DNA of 64,000 nucleotides from an uncultured Solirubrobacterales bacterium (GCA_963823275.1 CAWGKW010000001.1:220969-284968), one strand, 5' to 3'. Positions 25,318 through 35,345 are shown, numbered from the stretch's first letter. Program-made: numbers and translations. The notes: generated by a model from the letters alone, not told the origin.

Positions 25318-27491
25318 GTGAGTGAACTGGAAATCGAGCGGAGCGTGGCGCCCCCGGAGCGCTCCGTTCCGGCGCCTGCGCAGGATCTGCCGCCTCCACC
25401 GCCGGCCGAGGAGGTCGACCTCGCCGATTCGTGGTTGTACTTCAACCGTGAGATCTCCTGGATGGAATTCAACGAACGGGTCCTCCAGCTCGCCGAGGAC
25501 AAGAGCATCCCGCTGCTCGAGCGGCTCAAGTTCTGCGCGATCTACGAGAACAACCTCGACGAGTTCTTCATGGTGCGGGTGGCGGGTGTCCACGACAACG
25601 TGGTCGCCTCGCTGCCGCCGAGCGGGGCCGACGGCATCCCTTCGGTGGAGGTTCTCGCGGCCATTCGCGAGCTGACGATCGCCCAACGTCAGCGGCTCGA
25701 GAGCTGCCTCAACGACGAGCTGTTGCCGGAGCTCGCCGAGCACGGGATCCGAATCGTCTCCTGCGCGGAGGCGACCGACAAGGAGCTCGCCGAGATCGAC
25801 GACCTCTTCGCCACCCGCGTATTTCCAGCTCTCACCCCCTTGGTGTTCGGCGTCGGCCGGCCGTTCCCATACATCTCCAATCTCTCGCTGAGCCTGCTCG
25901 TGATCCTTCGGGATCCGATCCAGGAAACCGAGGTCCTGGCGCGCGTCAAGGTCCCGAAGGAGCTGATGCATCGTTACCTCCCGATCGGCGACGGCAAGAC
26001 CTTCGTCCCACTCGAGGACGTGATCTCACACAACCTCGGGTCGCTTTTCCCAGGTATGGAGGTCGCCGGCCACACTCTCTTCCGGGTCACCCGCGACACC
26101 GACTACGACGTCTCCGACGAGGCCGACGATCTCCGCCAGGCCGTCGAGGACGAGATCAGGCGTCGCCGCTTCGGTGAAGTCATCCGGCTCGAGTTCGAGG
26201 GCGACCTCGATCCCAGGTTGCGCGAGCGGCTGATCTCGATGCTCGATATCGGCAACGACCAGGTCTACGACGTTCATCGGATCGGGATGGCCGACCTCTT
26301 CGACATCGCTGGAGTCGGTGGGTTTCCGGAGCTTCGCTATGCGCCCTTCTCGGGGTTACCCAGTCACGCCTGCAGGCGCCCGAGGGACAGTCGATGGACC
26401 TGTTCGCGGCCATCCGCGAGAGCGATCTGCTCGTCCATCACCCCTACGATTCGTTCTCGACATCGGTCGAGGCATTCGTCCGCCACGCCGTCAACGACCC
26501 CGACGTGCTGGCGATCAAGCAGACCGTGTACCGGACCAGTGACGACTCGCCCCTGGTTCCGGCGCTGATCCTCGCCTCCGAGCGTGGCAAGCAGGCCGTT
26601 TGCATGGTGGAGCTGAAGGCACGCTTCGACGAGCAGGCGAACATCGCCTGGGCGAAGAAGCTGGAGCAGGCCGGCGTCCACGTCGTCTTCGGCATTCCGG
26701 CGATGAAGACACACGCCAAGTGCATTCTGATCGCGCGTCGCGAGGGTGACGGTGTCCGCCACTACGCACATATCGGAACCGGCAACTACAACCCGAAGAC
26801 CGCCCGGCTCTACACGGACCTGGGTCTCTTTACGACCGATCCAGACATCTGCTCCGACATCGCCGAGATGTTCAACTACCTGACCGGCTACGCGCGGCCG
26901 CAGCAATACCGCAAGGCCCTGATCGCGCCGTTCAACCTCGCGGAGCGACTGCTCGAGGAGATCGAGCTGACGATCGAGGCTCATTCGCCCGCGCACCCGG
27001 CGCGGATCCGGATGAAGATGAACTCGCTGCTCGATCCGAAGATGATCCGCGCCCTCTACCGGGCCTCCCAGGCGGGTGTCGAGGTGACGCTCAACGTCAG
27101 GGGCATCTGTTCCCTGCGCCCCGGCGTCGAGGGCGTCTCCGAGAACATCTCGGTCGTCGCGGTCCTCGGGCGCTTCCTCGAGCACTCCCGGATCTACTCC
27201 TTCGAGCGACCCGGCGAGACCCGGGTCTTCACCGGCTCGGCCGATCTGATGCCGCGCAACCTCTACAACCGGGTGGAGCTCATCATCCCGATCGAGGACG
27301 AACACGTGAAGGCCGAGATGGCCGAGATCCTCGACATCAGCCTTGCTGACAACGCCGGGGCCTGGGACCTCGACGCCGAGGGCGAATGGACCAGGCGGGT
27401 TCGCGCCGAAGGCGAGCCGGTTCGCGACGTGCAGGGGACGTTGATCGAGCGCAGCAGCGCTCGAGCGGCTGAGGCACCCCAGACCTTCTAA
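25318..27491 (+). pseudogene. ppk: polyphosphate kinase 1, interrupted by a -1 frameshift (pseudogene or assembly indel)
   Basis: ORF 25318..26568 carries the PPK1 N-terminus (YFNREISWMEFNERVLQLAED, RLKFCAIYENNLDEFFMVRV). ORF 26394..27491 carries the rest (LLVHHPYDSF, KTHAKCILI, HIGTGNYN, FLEHSRIY). The frames join at the G4 run 26352-26355. Confidence 0.85.
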
Positions 27492-27502
27492 GAGCAGCAC
27501 AG

Positions 27503-28900
27503 ATGCGGCACGACGCGCACGGTTACTGGATCGAGGAAGCGGGGTTGGAAGACGCCCCCTCCAGGTCGGCCCTGGATGCCGAGGTGGACGCCGACGTCGT
27601 CATCATCGGCGGTGGATACACCGGACTCTGGGCGGGCTGGTGGCTCAAACAACATGAGCCCAACGCCCGCATCGTCCTGCTCGAAGCCGACCACTGCGGC
27701 TTCGGGCCGAGCGGGCGCAACGGCGGTTTCGTGAACTCGATGTCGTTCAGCCTGCCCACCATGCGCGAGATCTTCGGTGACGAGCGGGCGATCGAGATGG
27801 TCCACGCCGGCGACGAGTCGGTCAGAGAGATCGGCCGTTGGTGCGAGCAGCAGGGGGTCGACGCCTGGTTCACCCATGGCGGCTACCTGCAGGCCTCGAC
27901 AGCGCCCCATTTCGATGACACCTGGAGTCCCGTGGTGGAAGCCTGCGAGGAGTTCGGCGAACGCGGCCGAATCGAGGTCCTGGATCGCGACGCCACCCGG
28001 GATCGCTGCGCCTCCCCGCTGTTCCGGGGTGCTGCCTACTACCCGATTGCCGCGACGGTGCAGCCGGCCCGCCTCGCCGCGGGATTGCGGGAACGCGTCA
28101 TCGAAGCCGGCGTGGAGATCTACGAGGACACCATGGTTGACTCGCTGACCGAGCACGGTGGGGTCGTGATCGCAAGGACGCCCGAGGGCCGGGTCAGCGC
28201 CGGCTCGGCGATCCTCGGTGCCGGGGGCTCACTCCTCAGATTCCGCCCCCTGCGCCGCTCGCTCACGGTCACCTCGAGTCATGTGGTCATCACCGAGCCC
28301 GTCCCCGACGTGATCGAGGAGCTCGGCTGGACGGGCGGGGAATGCGTCACCGATTCACGATCGATGGTCCACTACTTCCGGACGACCCCCGACGGCAGGA
28401 TCGCCTTCGGATGGGGGGGTGGAAAGATCGTGCGCGGGGCGAACGTCCACGGTCGTGCCGAGATCGACCCGAGCCTGGCCGCCGAGGTCGAGGCCCATAT
28501 GCGCCGCTTCTTTCCCCAGCTCGAGGGTCGTTCCGTCACCCATGCCTGGGGTGGTCCGATTGACGTCTCTCCCACCCATCTGCCGGTGATCCGAAGCGTT
28601 GGCGAGCGCACCTTTGCGGGGTTCGGCTATACGGGACACGGCGTCGGCCCGTCGCAGATGGTCGGCCACGCGCTCGCCTCGCTGGCACTTGATCGACGTG
28701 ACGAGTTCACCTCGCTCGCGATCGTCGATCCGCCTCACGTCGGCGTGCCGCCGGAGCCCTTCCGCTGGGCGGGCGGGTCGATCATCCGCCGCGCGATCCT
28801 GCGCAAGGAGAAGGCGGAGGAGCAGGACCGCGTTCCCGACCCGATCACCCGGATGGTCAGCGGGATCCCCGAGCTGATGGGCATCCACGTCGGGCGCTGA
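27503..28900 (+). CDS. FAD-dependent oxidoreductase (DAO family, gamma-glutamylputrescine-oxidase-like)
   Basis: The dinucleotide fold VVIIGGGYTGLWAGWWL follows an N-terminal YW motif. 465 aa. Confidence 0.8.
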   Translation: MRHDAHGYWIEEAGLEDAPSRSALDAEVDADVVIIGGGYTGLWAGWWLKQHEPNARIVLLEADHCGFGPSGRNGGFVNSMSFSLPTMREIFGDERAIEMVHAGDESVREIGRWCEQQGVDAWFTHGGYLQASTAPHFDDTWSPVVEACEEFGERGRIEVLDRDATRDRCASPLFRGAAYYPIAATVQPARLAAGLRERVIEAGVEIYEDTMVDSLTEHGGVVIARTPEGRVSAGSAILGAGGSLLRFRPLRRSLTVTSSHVVITEPVPDVIEELGWTGGECVTDSRSMVHYFRTTPDGRIAFGWGGGKIVRGANVHGRAEIDPSLAAEVEAHMRRFFPQLEGRSVTHAWGGPIDVSPTHLPVIRSVGERTFAGFGYTGHGVGPSQMVGHALASLALDRRDEFTSLAIVDPPHVGVPPEPFRWAGGSIIRRAILRKEKAEEQDRVPDPITRMVSGIPELMGIHVGR

Positions 28901-28979
28901 TAAGCCGGCGACGTGGATGCGACGGATGTGGTGGGTAGGATCGCATCCGCGCGGGCGCAATCACGAGAGGGAGATTCCG

Positions 28980-29555
28980 ATGGAAGCTGGTTCGGTGGTC
29001 GATTCAGGGGAGGGCCGCGAGGTCCTCAGGGGACTTTCCAAGCTGTGGTGGCTGTGGCTCGTCTTCGGCATCGCCTGGGTCGTGATCGCACTGGTGATCC
29101 TGCAGTTCGACCAGGCATCGATCAACACGGTCGGAATCCTGATCGGCCTGATGTTCTTCGTCACCGGTGTTCAGCAGCTCGCGATCGCCGGTCTCGTGGA
29201 TCGGGGTGGTTGGCTGTTCGGCCTCTTCGGCGTCCTCTTCATCATCGCCGGGGTGATCTCGTTCATCAGTCCGGAGAACACGTTCGCAGCGATCGCCGAC
29301 ATCCTCGGCTTCCTGTTTCTGATCGTCGGCCTCTTCTGGATCATCCAGGCGTTCATGGAGCGTGACGAGAACGATGTCTGGTGGCTCGGGCTCACCGCCG
29401 GGATCCTGATGATCGTCCTGGCCTTCTGGACCGGCGGCCAGTTCTTCATCGAAAAGCAGTACACGCTGCTCGTGTTCGCCGGGATCTGGGCCTTGATGTC
29501 GGGCGTGACAGACATCATCCGCGCCTTTCAGATTCGCAGGCTCAAGGACATCTAG
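28980..29555 (+). CDS. HdeD/DUF308 family membrane protein
   Basis: Repeated paired-TM pattern (WWLWLVFGIAWVVIALVIL ... GIWALMSGVTDIIRAF). ATG 28980 has SD GAGGGAG. Confidence 0.7.
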   Translation: MEAGSVVDSGEGREVLRGLSKLWWLWLVFGIAWVVIALVILQFDQASINTVGILIGLMFFVTGVQQLAIAGLVDRGGWLFGLFGVLFIIAGVISFISPENTFAAIADILGFLFLIVGLFWIIQAFMERDENDVWWLGLTAGILMIVLAFWTGGQFFIEKQYTLLVFAGIWALMSGVTDIIRAFQIRRLKDI

Positions 29556-29663
29556 ATAAGCGCGCGACTCGCAGCAGGCAACTGCGCGACTCGCAGCCCT
29601 CCGGGCTGCTCGACTGCGCCGGGCCTCCGGGCAAAGCCCAGTGGCCCTCCGGCGGCGGTTACG

Positions 29664-30095
29664 TCAGTCGTCGTCGCGTTGTCCGGCCGGGGTCACTACG
29701 ACAGGCACCGTTGCCATATGCACCAGCTTGTGCGGGGTGGAGCCCAGAATGGCGCCCTTGATCGGGCTCTCGCCGTAGGTGCCGACGATGATCATCCGAG
29801 CCTCGAGCTTCTCGGCTAGGTTGGCCAGCGCCGCCGCCGGGCGTTCCGGGATCAGTGCCGCCTCGGCATCGACGCCTCGCTCCTTCGCGGTCGCGACCCC
29901 CTCGTCGACGAAGATGCGCCCCTGATCCCGCATCAGCTCACGCTGGGTGCCGATCTCACCGGCGCCCTGGTAGGGCTGGAATCCGTAGGCGACGATCACC
30001 TTCGACCCGAGCCCCTCGGCCAGCTCACAGGCGAGATCCAGCGCGGCGTGCCCGCAATCGGTGCCGTCGTACCCGACGACGATCTCATTGGCCAT
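29664..30095 (-). CDS. universal stress protein (UspA family)
   Basis: 143 aa. IVVGYDGT ... MIIVGTYG ... GAILGSTPHKLVHMATVPVVV is the classic Usp pattern. Confidence 0.85.
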   Translation of the reverse strand: MANEIVVGYDGTDCGHAALDLACELAEGLGSKVIVAYGFQPYQGAGEIGTQRELMRDQGRIFVDEGVATAKERGVDAEAALIPERPAAALANLAEKLEARMIIVGTYGESPIKGAILGSTPHKLVHMATVPVVVTPAGQRDDD

Positions 30096-31604
30096 CTAGC
30101 TCACCTCTCCCTGCTTTGCGAGTGATCCCGGTTCCGCGACCTGTGGCTTGCGCTTGAAGAAGTCCGGTTCGGCGATCCGCTGCAGGATCATCAACACCAG
30201 GCCGAGGCCGGCGAAGAAGATCGCGATCGCCAGCGGCGGCCCGACGCCGAGGACGTCCCGCTTCCCCGGTTCAGCCAGATCGCTGATCGACTTGATCAGC
30301 ACGTAGGTGAGGGTCACCCCGCCGAGCACCGGCATCACGCCGACGGCGAAGAAGGACTTCGCGCTCGTCAGGAGTTCATGTCTGTAGAACCAGGCGCAGG
30401 CGAAGCCCGTGAGTCCGTAGTAGAAGGCGATCATCAGTCCGAGGGCGGCGATCGAGTCGCCGAGGATGTCCTCGCTGATCAACGTCAGCCCGAAGTACCA
30501 GACGATCGAGAGGCCGCCCATCAGGAGCGTCGAGAAGTCGGGTGTCTGGAAGCGCGGATGGACGCGCGCGAAGATCTTCGGCAGGGCTCGCACCGCACCC
30601 ATCGAGAGCGACGTCCGCGCGGTCGGCAGGATCGTCGTCTGCGTCGACGCCGCAGCCGACGTGAGCACCGCGATGACTAGGATCTTGTCGAGCGGCGATC
30701 CGAGGACGTCGAGTCCGAGAGCCGAGAGCACGTCGTCCTTGTTCTGCCTGAGGAAGTCGTCTCCGTGAACGGCTTGAGCGGCTATCGATACGACGACGTA
30801 GATCGCGAGCAGGATCAGGGTGGAAACGACCGCAGATCTCCCTGGGCCCTCCCTGGGATCCTCGGTTTCCTCGTTGACCGTCACCGCGCTGTCCCACCCC
30901 CAGTAGATGAAGACGGCGATCAGCACTCCGTCGATTAGCGCGGTCGTGCTGTCGATGTTGAACGGGTTGAGCCAGGAGATGCTCGGGTCGATGGAGTCGG
31001 GGAAGTCACCCGCGTAGACCCTGATCAGAGCCACCACGGCGAACGCGGCGAGGGCGAGGATCTCGGCGCCGAGGAGCCCGATCTGCGTGCGGGCGGAGAG
31101 CTCGATCCCGATGTAACAGATCGCGGTCATGATCGCGATCCAGATCACGCCGATGGTTGTCACCGCCAGCGTGGACGGCGCATCGATCCCGACCAGCAGG
31201 AAGCTGTAGAGACCGGCGATCTGGGCGAGGTTTGCCATCACGATCACGTCGGCGACGATGATGGCCCAGCCGCCGATCCAGCCCATGGTCGGGCCCATCG
31301 CGGAGGTGACCCAGGTGAAGGTAGTGCCGCAGTCAGGGTCGGCGCGGTTCATGTAGTAGTAGGCGAAGCTGATGCAGAGCATCGGCAGGAACGCGACCCA
31401 CAGGACCGCGGGGGAGAAGAGCCCCACGCCGGCGGCGACGACGAAGCCGAGGCTGGCGGCGAGGCTGTAGCCGGGGGCGGTGGACGCGACGCCGATGACG
31501 ACGCTCGAGGCGAAGCCGATGGCCCCGCCCTTCAGGCCCTTGTCGCCCCCCGAGGCACCGCTTGCCGGCCCGTCCCCGGGCTCCGCGATCGAAGCACTCT
31601 CCAC
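30096..31604 (-). CDS. APC-superfamily amino acid/polyamine permease
   Basis: 502-aa 12-TM-like ORF with an N-terminal GAIGFASSVVIGVASTAPGYSL block. Directly abuts the usp start. Confidence 0.8.
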   Translation of the reverse strand: MESASIAEPGDGPASGASGGDKGLKGGAIGFASSVVIGVASTAPGYSLAASLGFVVAAGVGLFSPAVLWVAFLPMLCISFAYYYMNRADPDCGTTFTWVTSAMGPTMGWIGGWAIIVADVIVMANLAQIAGLYSFLLVGIDAPSTLAVTTIGVIWIAIMTAICYIGIELSARTQIGLLGAEILALAAFAVVALIRVYAGDFPDSIDPSISWLNPFNIDSTTALIDGVLIAVFIYWGWDSAVTVNEETEDPREGPGRSAVVSTLILLAIYVVVSIAAQAVHGDDFLRQNKDDVLSALGLDVLGSPLDKILVIAVLTSAAASTQTTILPTARTSLSMGAVRALPKIFARVHPRFQTPDFSTLLMGGLSIVWYFGLTLISEDILGDSIAALGLMIAFYYGLTGFACAWFYRHELLTSAKSFFAVGVMPVLGGVTLTYVLIKSISDLAEPGKRDVLGVGPPLAIAIFFAGLGLVLMILQRIAEPDFFKRKPQVAEPGSLAKQGEVS

Positions 31605-31729
31605 CTCGTCTCCTCCTGCTCGACGGTTTCTAAAGAGAACCTATGCGCTGGAGTATCCCAGGGCAAGTGAGAATCCGTACAACCCCAGGTGGCTTGCATG
31701 ACCGTCCTGGACAAGAGGGATCGGAGCGG

Positions 31730-31966
31730 TCAGCCGCCATCGCGGAGACGGCCGAGCGTCTCCGAGCGCAACAGCATCTCCGGTGCGAGGACCTCGAGGC
31801 CCACCAGGCGTCCCTCCTCGTCGAAGTCGAGGACGATTTCGCCGGCCGCATCGCCGAGCGCGTCGACCTCCTCGAGAGTGATCGGAGAGCGCGGAATGAA
31901 CCCGGCGTCCTCCGGGACCAGGCTTATGTAGGCGGAGCCGCTCTCTGGGTCGTAGGTTATGAACAC
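31730..31966 (-). CDS. DUF2283-like small protein
   Basis: MFITYDPESGSAYISL ... IVLDFDEEGRLVGLEVL pattern. Confidence 0.55.
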   Translation of the reverse strand: MFITYDPESGSAYISLVPEDAGFIPRSPITLEEVDALGDAAGEIVLDFDEEGRLVGLEVLAPEMLLRSETLGRLRDGG

Positions 31967-31991
31967 GCAGCCATCCTCGCAGGATGGCTGC

Positions 31992-33491
31992 CTACCAGCG
32001 GGTGGTCAGCACCTTTTTCCTCGTGTAGAACTCGATCGCATCGGTGCCGTTGGCGTGCAGGTCGCCGACCATCGAATCCTTCCAGCCCGCGAACGGGAAC
32101 CAGGCGACGGGGGCGGGGACGCCCACGTTGACGCCGATCATCCCTGCCTCGACCTCGTTGCGATATCGGCGGACCGCCTCGCCGGAGGAGGTGAAGATCG
32201 CCGAGGCGTTGCCGTAACGCGAGCCGTTGACGAACTCCAGCGCCTCGCCGAGATCGCTGACCTCGACCAGCGCCAGCACCGGTCCGAACAGCTCCTCTCT
32301 CGCCAGCTCCGATTCCCGCTGATCGGTCGAGAGAATCGTCGGACCCATCAGGGCGCCCGCCTCGTTGGTGCGGTCGCGGCCGTCGACGACCATCTCGGCG
32401 CCCTCTGCGAGCGCTCGGTCGACCGCACCGGAGACGCGGTCGCGGGCGTCGGCTCCGACCATCGGCGGGCAGACGACACCATCCTCGGCGCCGTTGCCGG
32501 TCGGCAGGACGCGTGCAGCCTCCGCCAGGGCGGAGCGGACCTCCGAGCGGCGCGCCTCGTCACCGACGATCACGGCCACTGAGCCGGCGAGGCAGCGCTG
32601 TCCGGCGTTCCCGAACGCCGAGCCCATGATTCCCGACATCGAGGCACCCAGATCGGCGTCCGGCATCACGACCATCGAGTTCTTGGCGCCCGCGAGGGCC
32701 TGGACGCGCTTGCCCGACCTGGTGCCGCGGTCCATCACGTGCAGGGCCGTGGTTGCCTGTCCGACGAAGCTGATCGCATCGATCTCCGGATGGTCGAGGA
32801 GACCGTCGACAGCTTCGCGGGCGCCGTGAACAACGTTGACGACGCCGGCCGGGATCTCATCGATCCCGGCCGCCAGCTCGACGATCCGCTGTGGCGTCCG
32901 CGGATCACGCTCCGACGGCTTCAGGATGAACGTGTTGCCGCACGCGATCGCATACGGCAGAAACCAGAGCGGGATCATCGCCGGGAAGTTGAAGGGGGTG
33001 ATCGCGGCGACGACGCCGACGGGCTGACGCCACATCTCGACGTCCATGCCGGTCGCGATTCCCTCGAGGTTCTCGCCCTTCATCAGGGTCGGGATCCCGC
33101 ATGCGACCTCGGTGGACTCGATGCCGCGGCCGACCTCGCCGCGCGCGTCGTCGAGGGCCTTGCCCATGTCCTGGGTCACCAGTTGGGCGAGCTCCTCGCG
33201 ATGCGACCAGAGCGCCTCTCGCAGTGCGAACACCGCACGCGCTCGCTTCGCGACCGGGACCGCCGCCCAGGCGGGCTGCGCCGCGCGCGCCGCATTCGCG
33301 GCCGCATCGATGTCGCCGACCGTCGACAGCGGAACCCGGGCGAGAATCGCCCCGGAGGCGGGATCGATGTCGTCGAGGAACTCGGTTGTCCCGGACTCGA
33401 CCCACTCGCCGCCAATGTGGTTCTTCAGGGTGGGGATCTCGGCTGAGCCCCCTTCTTCAGTGCTGCTTGCTGCCAACGTCTGCGGCTCCAT
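31992..33491 (-). CDS. mmsA: CoA-acylating methylmalonate-semialdehyde dehydrogenase-like aldehyde dehydrogenase
   Basis: ALDH fold with a C-terminal FPFAGWKDSMVGDLHANGTDAIEFYTRKKVLTTRW, typical of MmsA. ATG 33491 has AAGGAG 7 nt upstream (the track ORF extends to 33551). Confidence 0.8.
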   Translation of the reverse strand: MEPQTLAASSTEEGGSAEIPTLKNHIGGEWVESGTTEFLDDIDPASGAILARVPLSTVGDIDAAANAARAAQPAWAAVPVAKRARAVFALREALWSHREELAQLVTQDMGKALDDARGEVGRGIESTEVACGIPTLMKGENLEGIATGMDVEMWRQPVGVVAAITPFNFPAMIPLWFLPYAIACGNTFILKPSERDPRTPQRIVELAAGIDEIPAGVVNVVHGAREAVDGLLDHPEIDAISFVGQATTALHVMDRGTRSGKRVQALAGAKNSMVVMPDADLGASMSGIMGSAFGNAGQRCLAGSVAVIVGDEARRSEVRSALAEAARVLPTGNGAEDGVVCPPMVGADARDRVSGAVDRALAEGAEMVVDGRDRTNEAGALMGPTILSTDQRESELAREELFGPVLALVEVSDLGEALEFVNGSRYGNASAIFTSSGEAVRRYRNEVEAGMIGVNVGVPAPVAWFPFAGWKDSMVGDLHANGTDAIEFYTRKKVLTTRW

Positions 33492-33682
33492 TGCCGTGCT
33501 CCTTTGATCTCGGAAGTTCCCTACCGATGCTACTCGCGTGGCAAGGGCCATCGTTGAACAATTCGGGCCGAGCCCTTGTCCAAATGGGAGTAAGTGGGTG
33601 GTAGGGGTTCGCGTTCGCTCGCGGGGGGATCCCTAGGTGGGCGCGGCCTGCCGAGGGACTCGCCGGCCGGTGAGAGTCGGTT

Positions 33683-33796
33683 TGGGCTGGGCAGGGGAGG
33701 ATTCGGGGGGTCGGCCACCGTTCACCCGCCCGCCGAGGGGCGTTGTCAATCGGTCGTGTGATTGCTACCCCTGGGGGGACACGATCACACGACCGA
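33683..33796 (+). repeat. family-2 module, copy B: G-rich leader, CACCGTTCACCC box, 49-nt hairpin
   Basis: GGGCTGGGCAGGGGAGGAttcGGGGGGTCGGcCACCGTTCACCCGCCCGCCGAGGG...ATCGGTCGTGTGAT-tgcta-CCCC-tgg-GGGG-acacg-ATCACACGACCGAT. Confidence 0.85.
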
Positions 33797-33857
33797 TGGC
33801 CCACGCCGCGACAGGACCCGCGGTCGACGACTTTCGCCTGGAAGCGGAGCCGTGGGG

Positions 33858-35345
33858 CTAGGAAGCTCCGTACTCCGAGTACGGATACCACCACGACTTG
33901 CGCTCGATCTCCGTCTCCATGTGGACGTGCTTGGTCTCCTGGAAGGCCTCGAGCCCCTCGCGGCCGAGTTCGCGGCCGATGCCGGACTGCTTGAAGCCGC
34001 CGAAGGGCCCTGCGTCGTTGTCGGTGAGCGGGTCGTTGATCCAGACGGTTCCGGCGCGGAGCTCGCGCATGCAGCGGACGGCGCTCCGCAGATCGCGGGT
34101 GTAGACGTTGGCGCCGAGGCCGAATCGGGTGCCGTTGGCCAGGGCGATCGCATCGTCGAGATCCTTGACCGGGACGATCGGGGCGACGGGCCCGAAGGTC
34201 TCCTCGCGAAGCAGGTCGGTCTCGGCCGCAGCCCCGGTCACCACCGCGGGGGCGAAGAAGTGACCGCGTGGTTGGCCGCCGTCCCCGCCGCCGACCAGCA
34301 CCTCGGCGCCCGAGGCGACCGCGGCGTCGACCTGATCGACGACCTTCTGGCGCTGTGGGGCGGAGACCATCGGGCCGATGTCGGTCCCGACCTCGGCCGG
34401 ATCGCCGATCACGAGGGACTCGGTGTGGGAGACGAAGGCCGATACGTAGTCGTCGTAGACGTCCTCCATCACATAGAAGCGCTCCGCCGAGGTGCAGACC
34501 TGGCCGGCGTTGAGAAAGGCAGCCCAGGCGCCGCCGCGAGCGGCGATCTCGATCCCAGAGTCACCGGAACCCGCGACGTCGGCGCAGACGATGAACGGGT
34601 CCTTGCCGCCCATCTCGAGGTTGACCCGGGCGAGGCGCTCCGCGCAGGCCATCGCCACCCGTTTGCCGGTTGCAACCGAGCCGGTGAAGGCGATGCAGTC
34701 GACCCGCTCGTCGGCGGAGATCGCGGCACCGACGTCGCCGGCGCCGACGACCAGGTTGACGACCCCGGCGGGCAGGTGGGATAAGCAATCGGCGAGCTGC
34801 AGCGTCGAGAGCGGGGTGATCTCCGACGGCTTGGCCACGATGGTGCAGCCCGCGGCCAGGGCCGGAGCGACCTTCCAGGTCAGCAGAAGCAGCGGGTAGT
34901 TCCACGGCACGATGCAACCCACCACCCCCAGCGGGTCCTTGACGACCAGGGCGAGCTGGCTCGACTCGATCGGTGGGATCACCCGTCCGGCGCTGTCGCG
35001 GCCGATCTCGGCGTAGTAGTCGAACGCGGCCGCGCACCAGTCGATCTCGTCGCGGTTCTCGATCAACGGCTTGCCGCCCTCGGAGGTCATGGTCCGCGCC
35101 AGCTCCTCCTGGTTGTCGCGGAGCCTCCTGGCGACCTCGTGGAGCATCTCGCAGCGTTCGCCCGCCGGCGTGGTCGACCATTCGGAAAAGGCAGCGCGCG
35201 CGGCCGCGACGGCGGCGTCGAGCTGCTCGGGGGAGGCGGAGCCGACCGTTGCGATCGTCCCAGTCGTATACGGATTCTCGACGTCGATCGGCGTACCCTC
35301 GCCGGCGACGCGCTCGCCGCCGATCAGCAGAGTGTGGTCGGTCAC
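33858..35345 (-). CDS. NAD(P)-dependent aldehyde dehydrogenase
   Basis: 495 aa with ALDH blocks (VVGCIVPWNYPLLL, LEMGGKDP, FLNAGQVCTSAER, EETFGPV). GTGA overlap with the upstream permease gene. Confidence 0.9.
   Translation of the reverse strand: MTDHTLLIGGERVAGEGTPIDVENPYTTGTIATVGSASPEQLDAAVAAARAAFSEWSTTPAGERCEMLHEVARRLRDNQEELARTMTSEGGKPLIENRDEIDWCAAAFDYYAEIGRDSAGRVIPPIESSQLALVVKDPLGVVGCIVPWNYPLLLLTWKVAPALAAGCTIVAKPSEITPLSTLQLADCLSHLPAGVVNLVVGAGDVGAAISADERVDCIAFTGSVATGKRVAMACAERLARVNLEMGGKDPFIVCADVAGSGDSGIEIAARGGAWAAFLNAGQVCTSAERFYVMEDVYDDYVSAFVSHTESLVIGDPAEVGTDIGPMVSAPQRQKVVDQVDAAVASGAEVLVGGGDGGQPRGHFFAPAVVTGAAAETDLLREETFGPVAPIVPVKDLDDAIALANGTRFGLGANVYTRDLRSAVRCMRELRAGTVWINDPLTDNDAGPFGGFKQSGIGRELGREGLEAFQETKHVHMETEIERKSWWYPYSEYGAS

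Noticed and set aside
26340-26400. Programmed -1 ribosomal frameshift in ppk1.
   Set aside because: No X-XXY-YYZ slippery heptamer and no obvious downstream pseudoknot. PPK1 is not known to use recoding. An indel in the G4 run is the simpler explanation.
29562-29597. Direct repeat GCGCGACTCGCAGC x2 (22-nt period) plus three CCTCCGG motifs between the HdeD-like and usp genes.
   Set aside because: The repeats are short and lie between convergent gene ends, where GC hairpins (GCAGCC-ctcc-GGGCTGC) probably act as terminators. There is nothing to indicate more.
31605-31729. 125-nt leader of the APC permease examined for a known amino-acid riboswitch.
   Set aside because: I could not recognise glycine, lysine or other conserved riboswitch cores. 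This is left unassigned rather than called.
31730-31966. DUF2283-like gene as the antitoxin of a DUF4258/DUF2283 toxin-antitoxin pair.
   Set aside because: No partner ORF is present. It is flanked directly by the mmsA-like stop and a non-coding leader.
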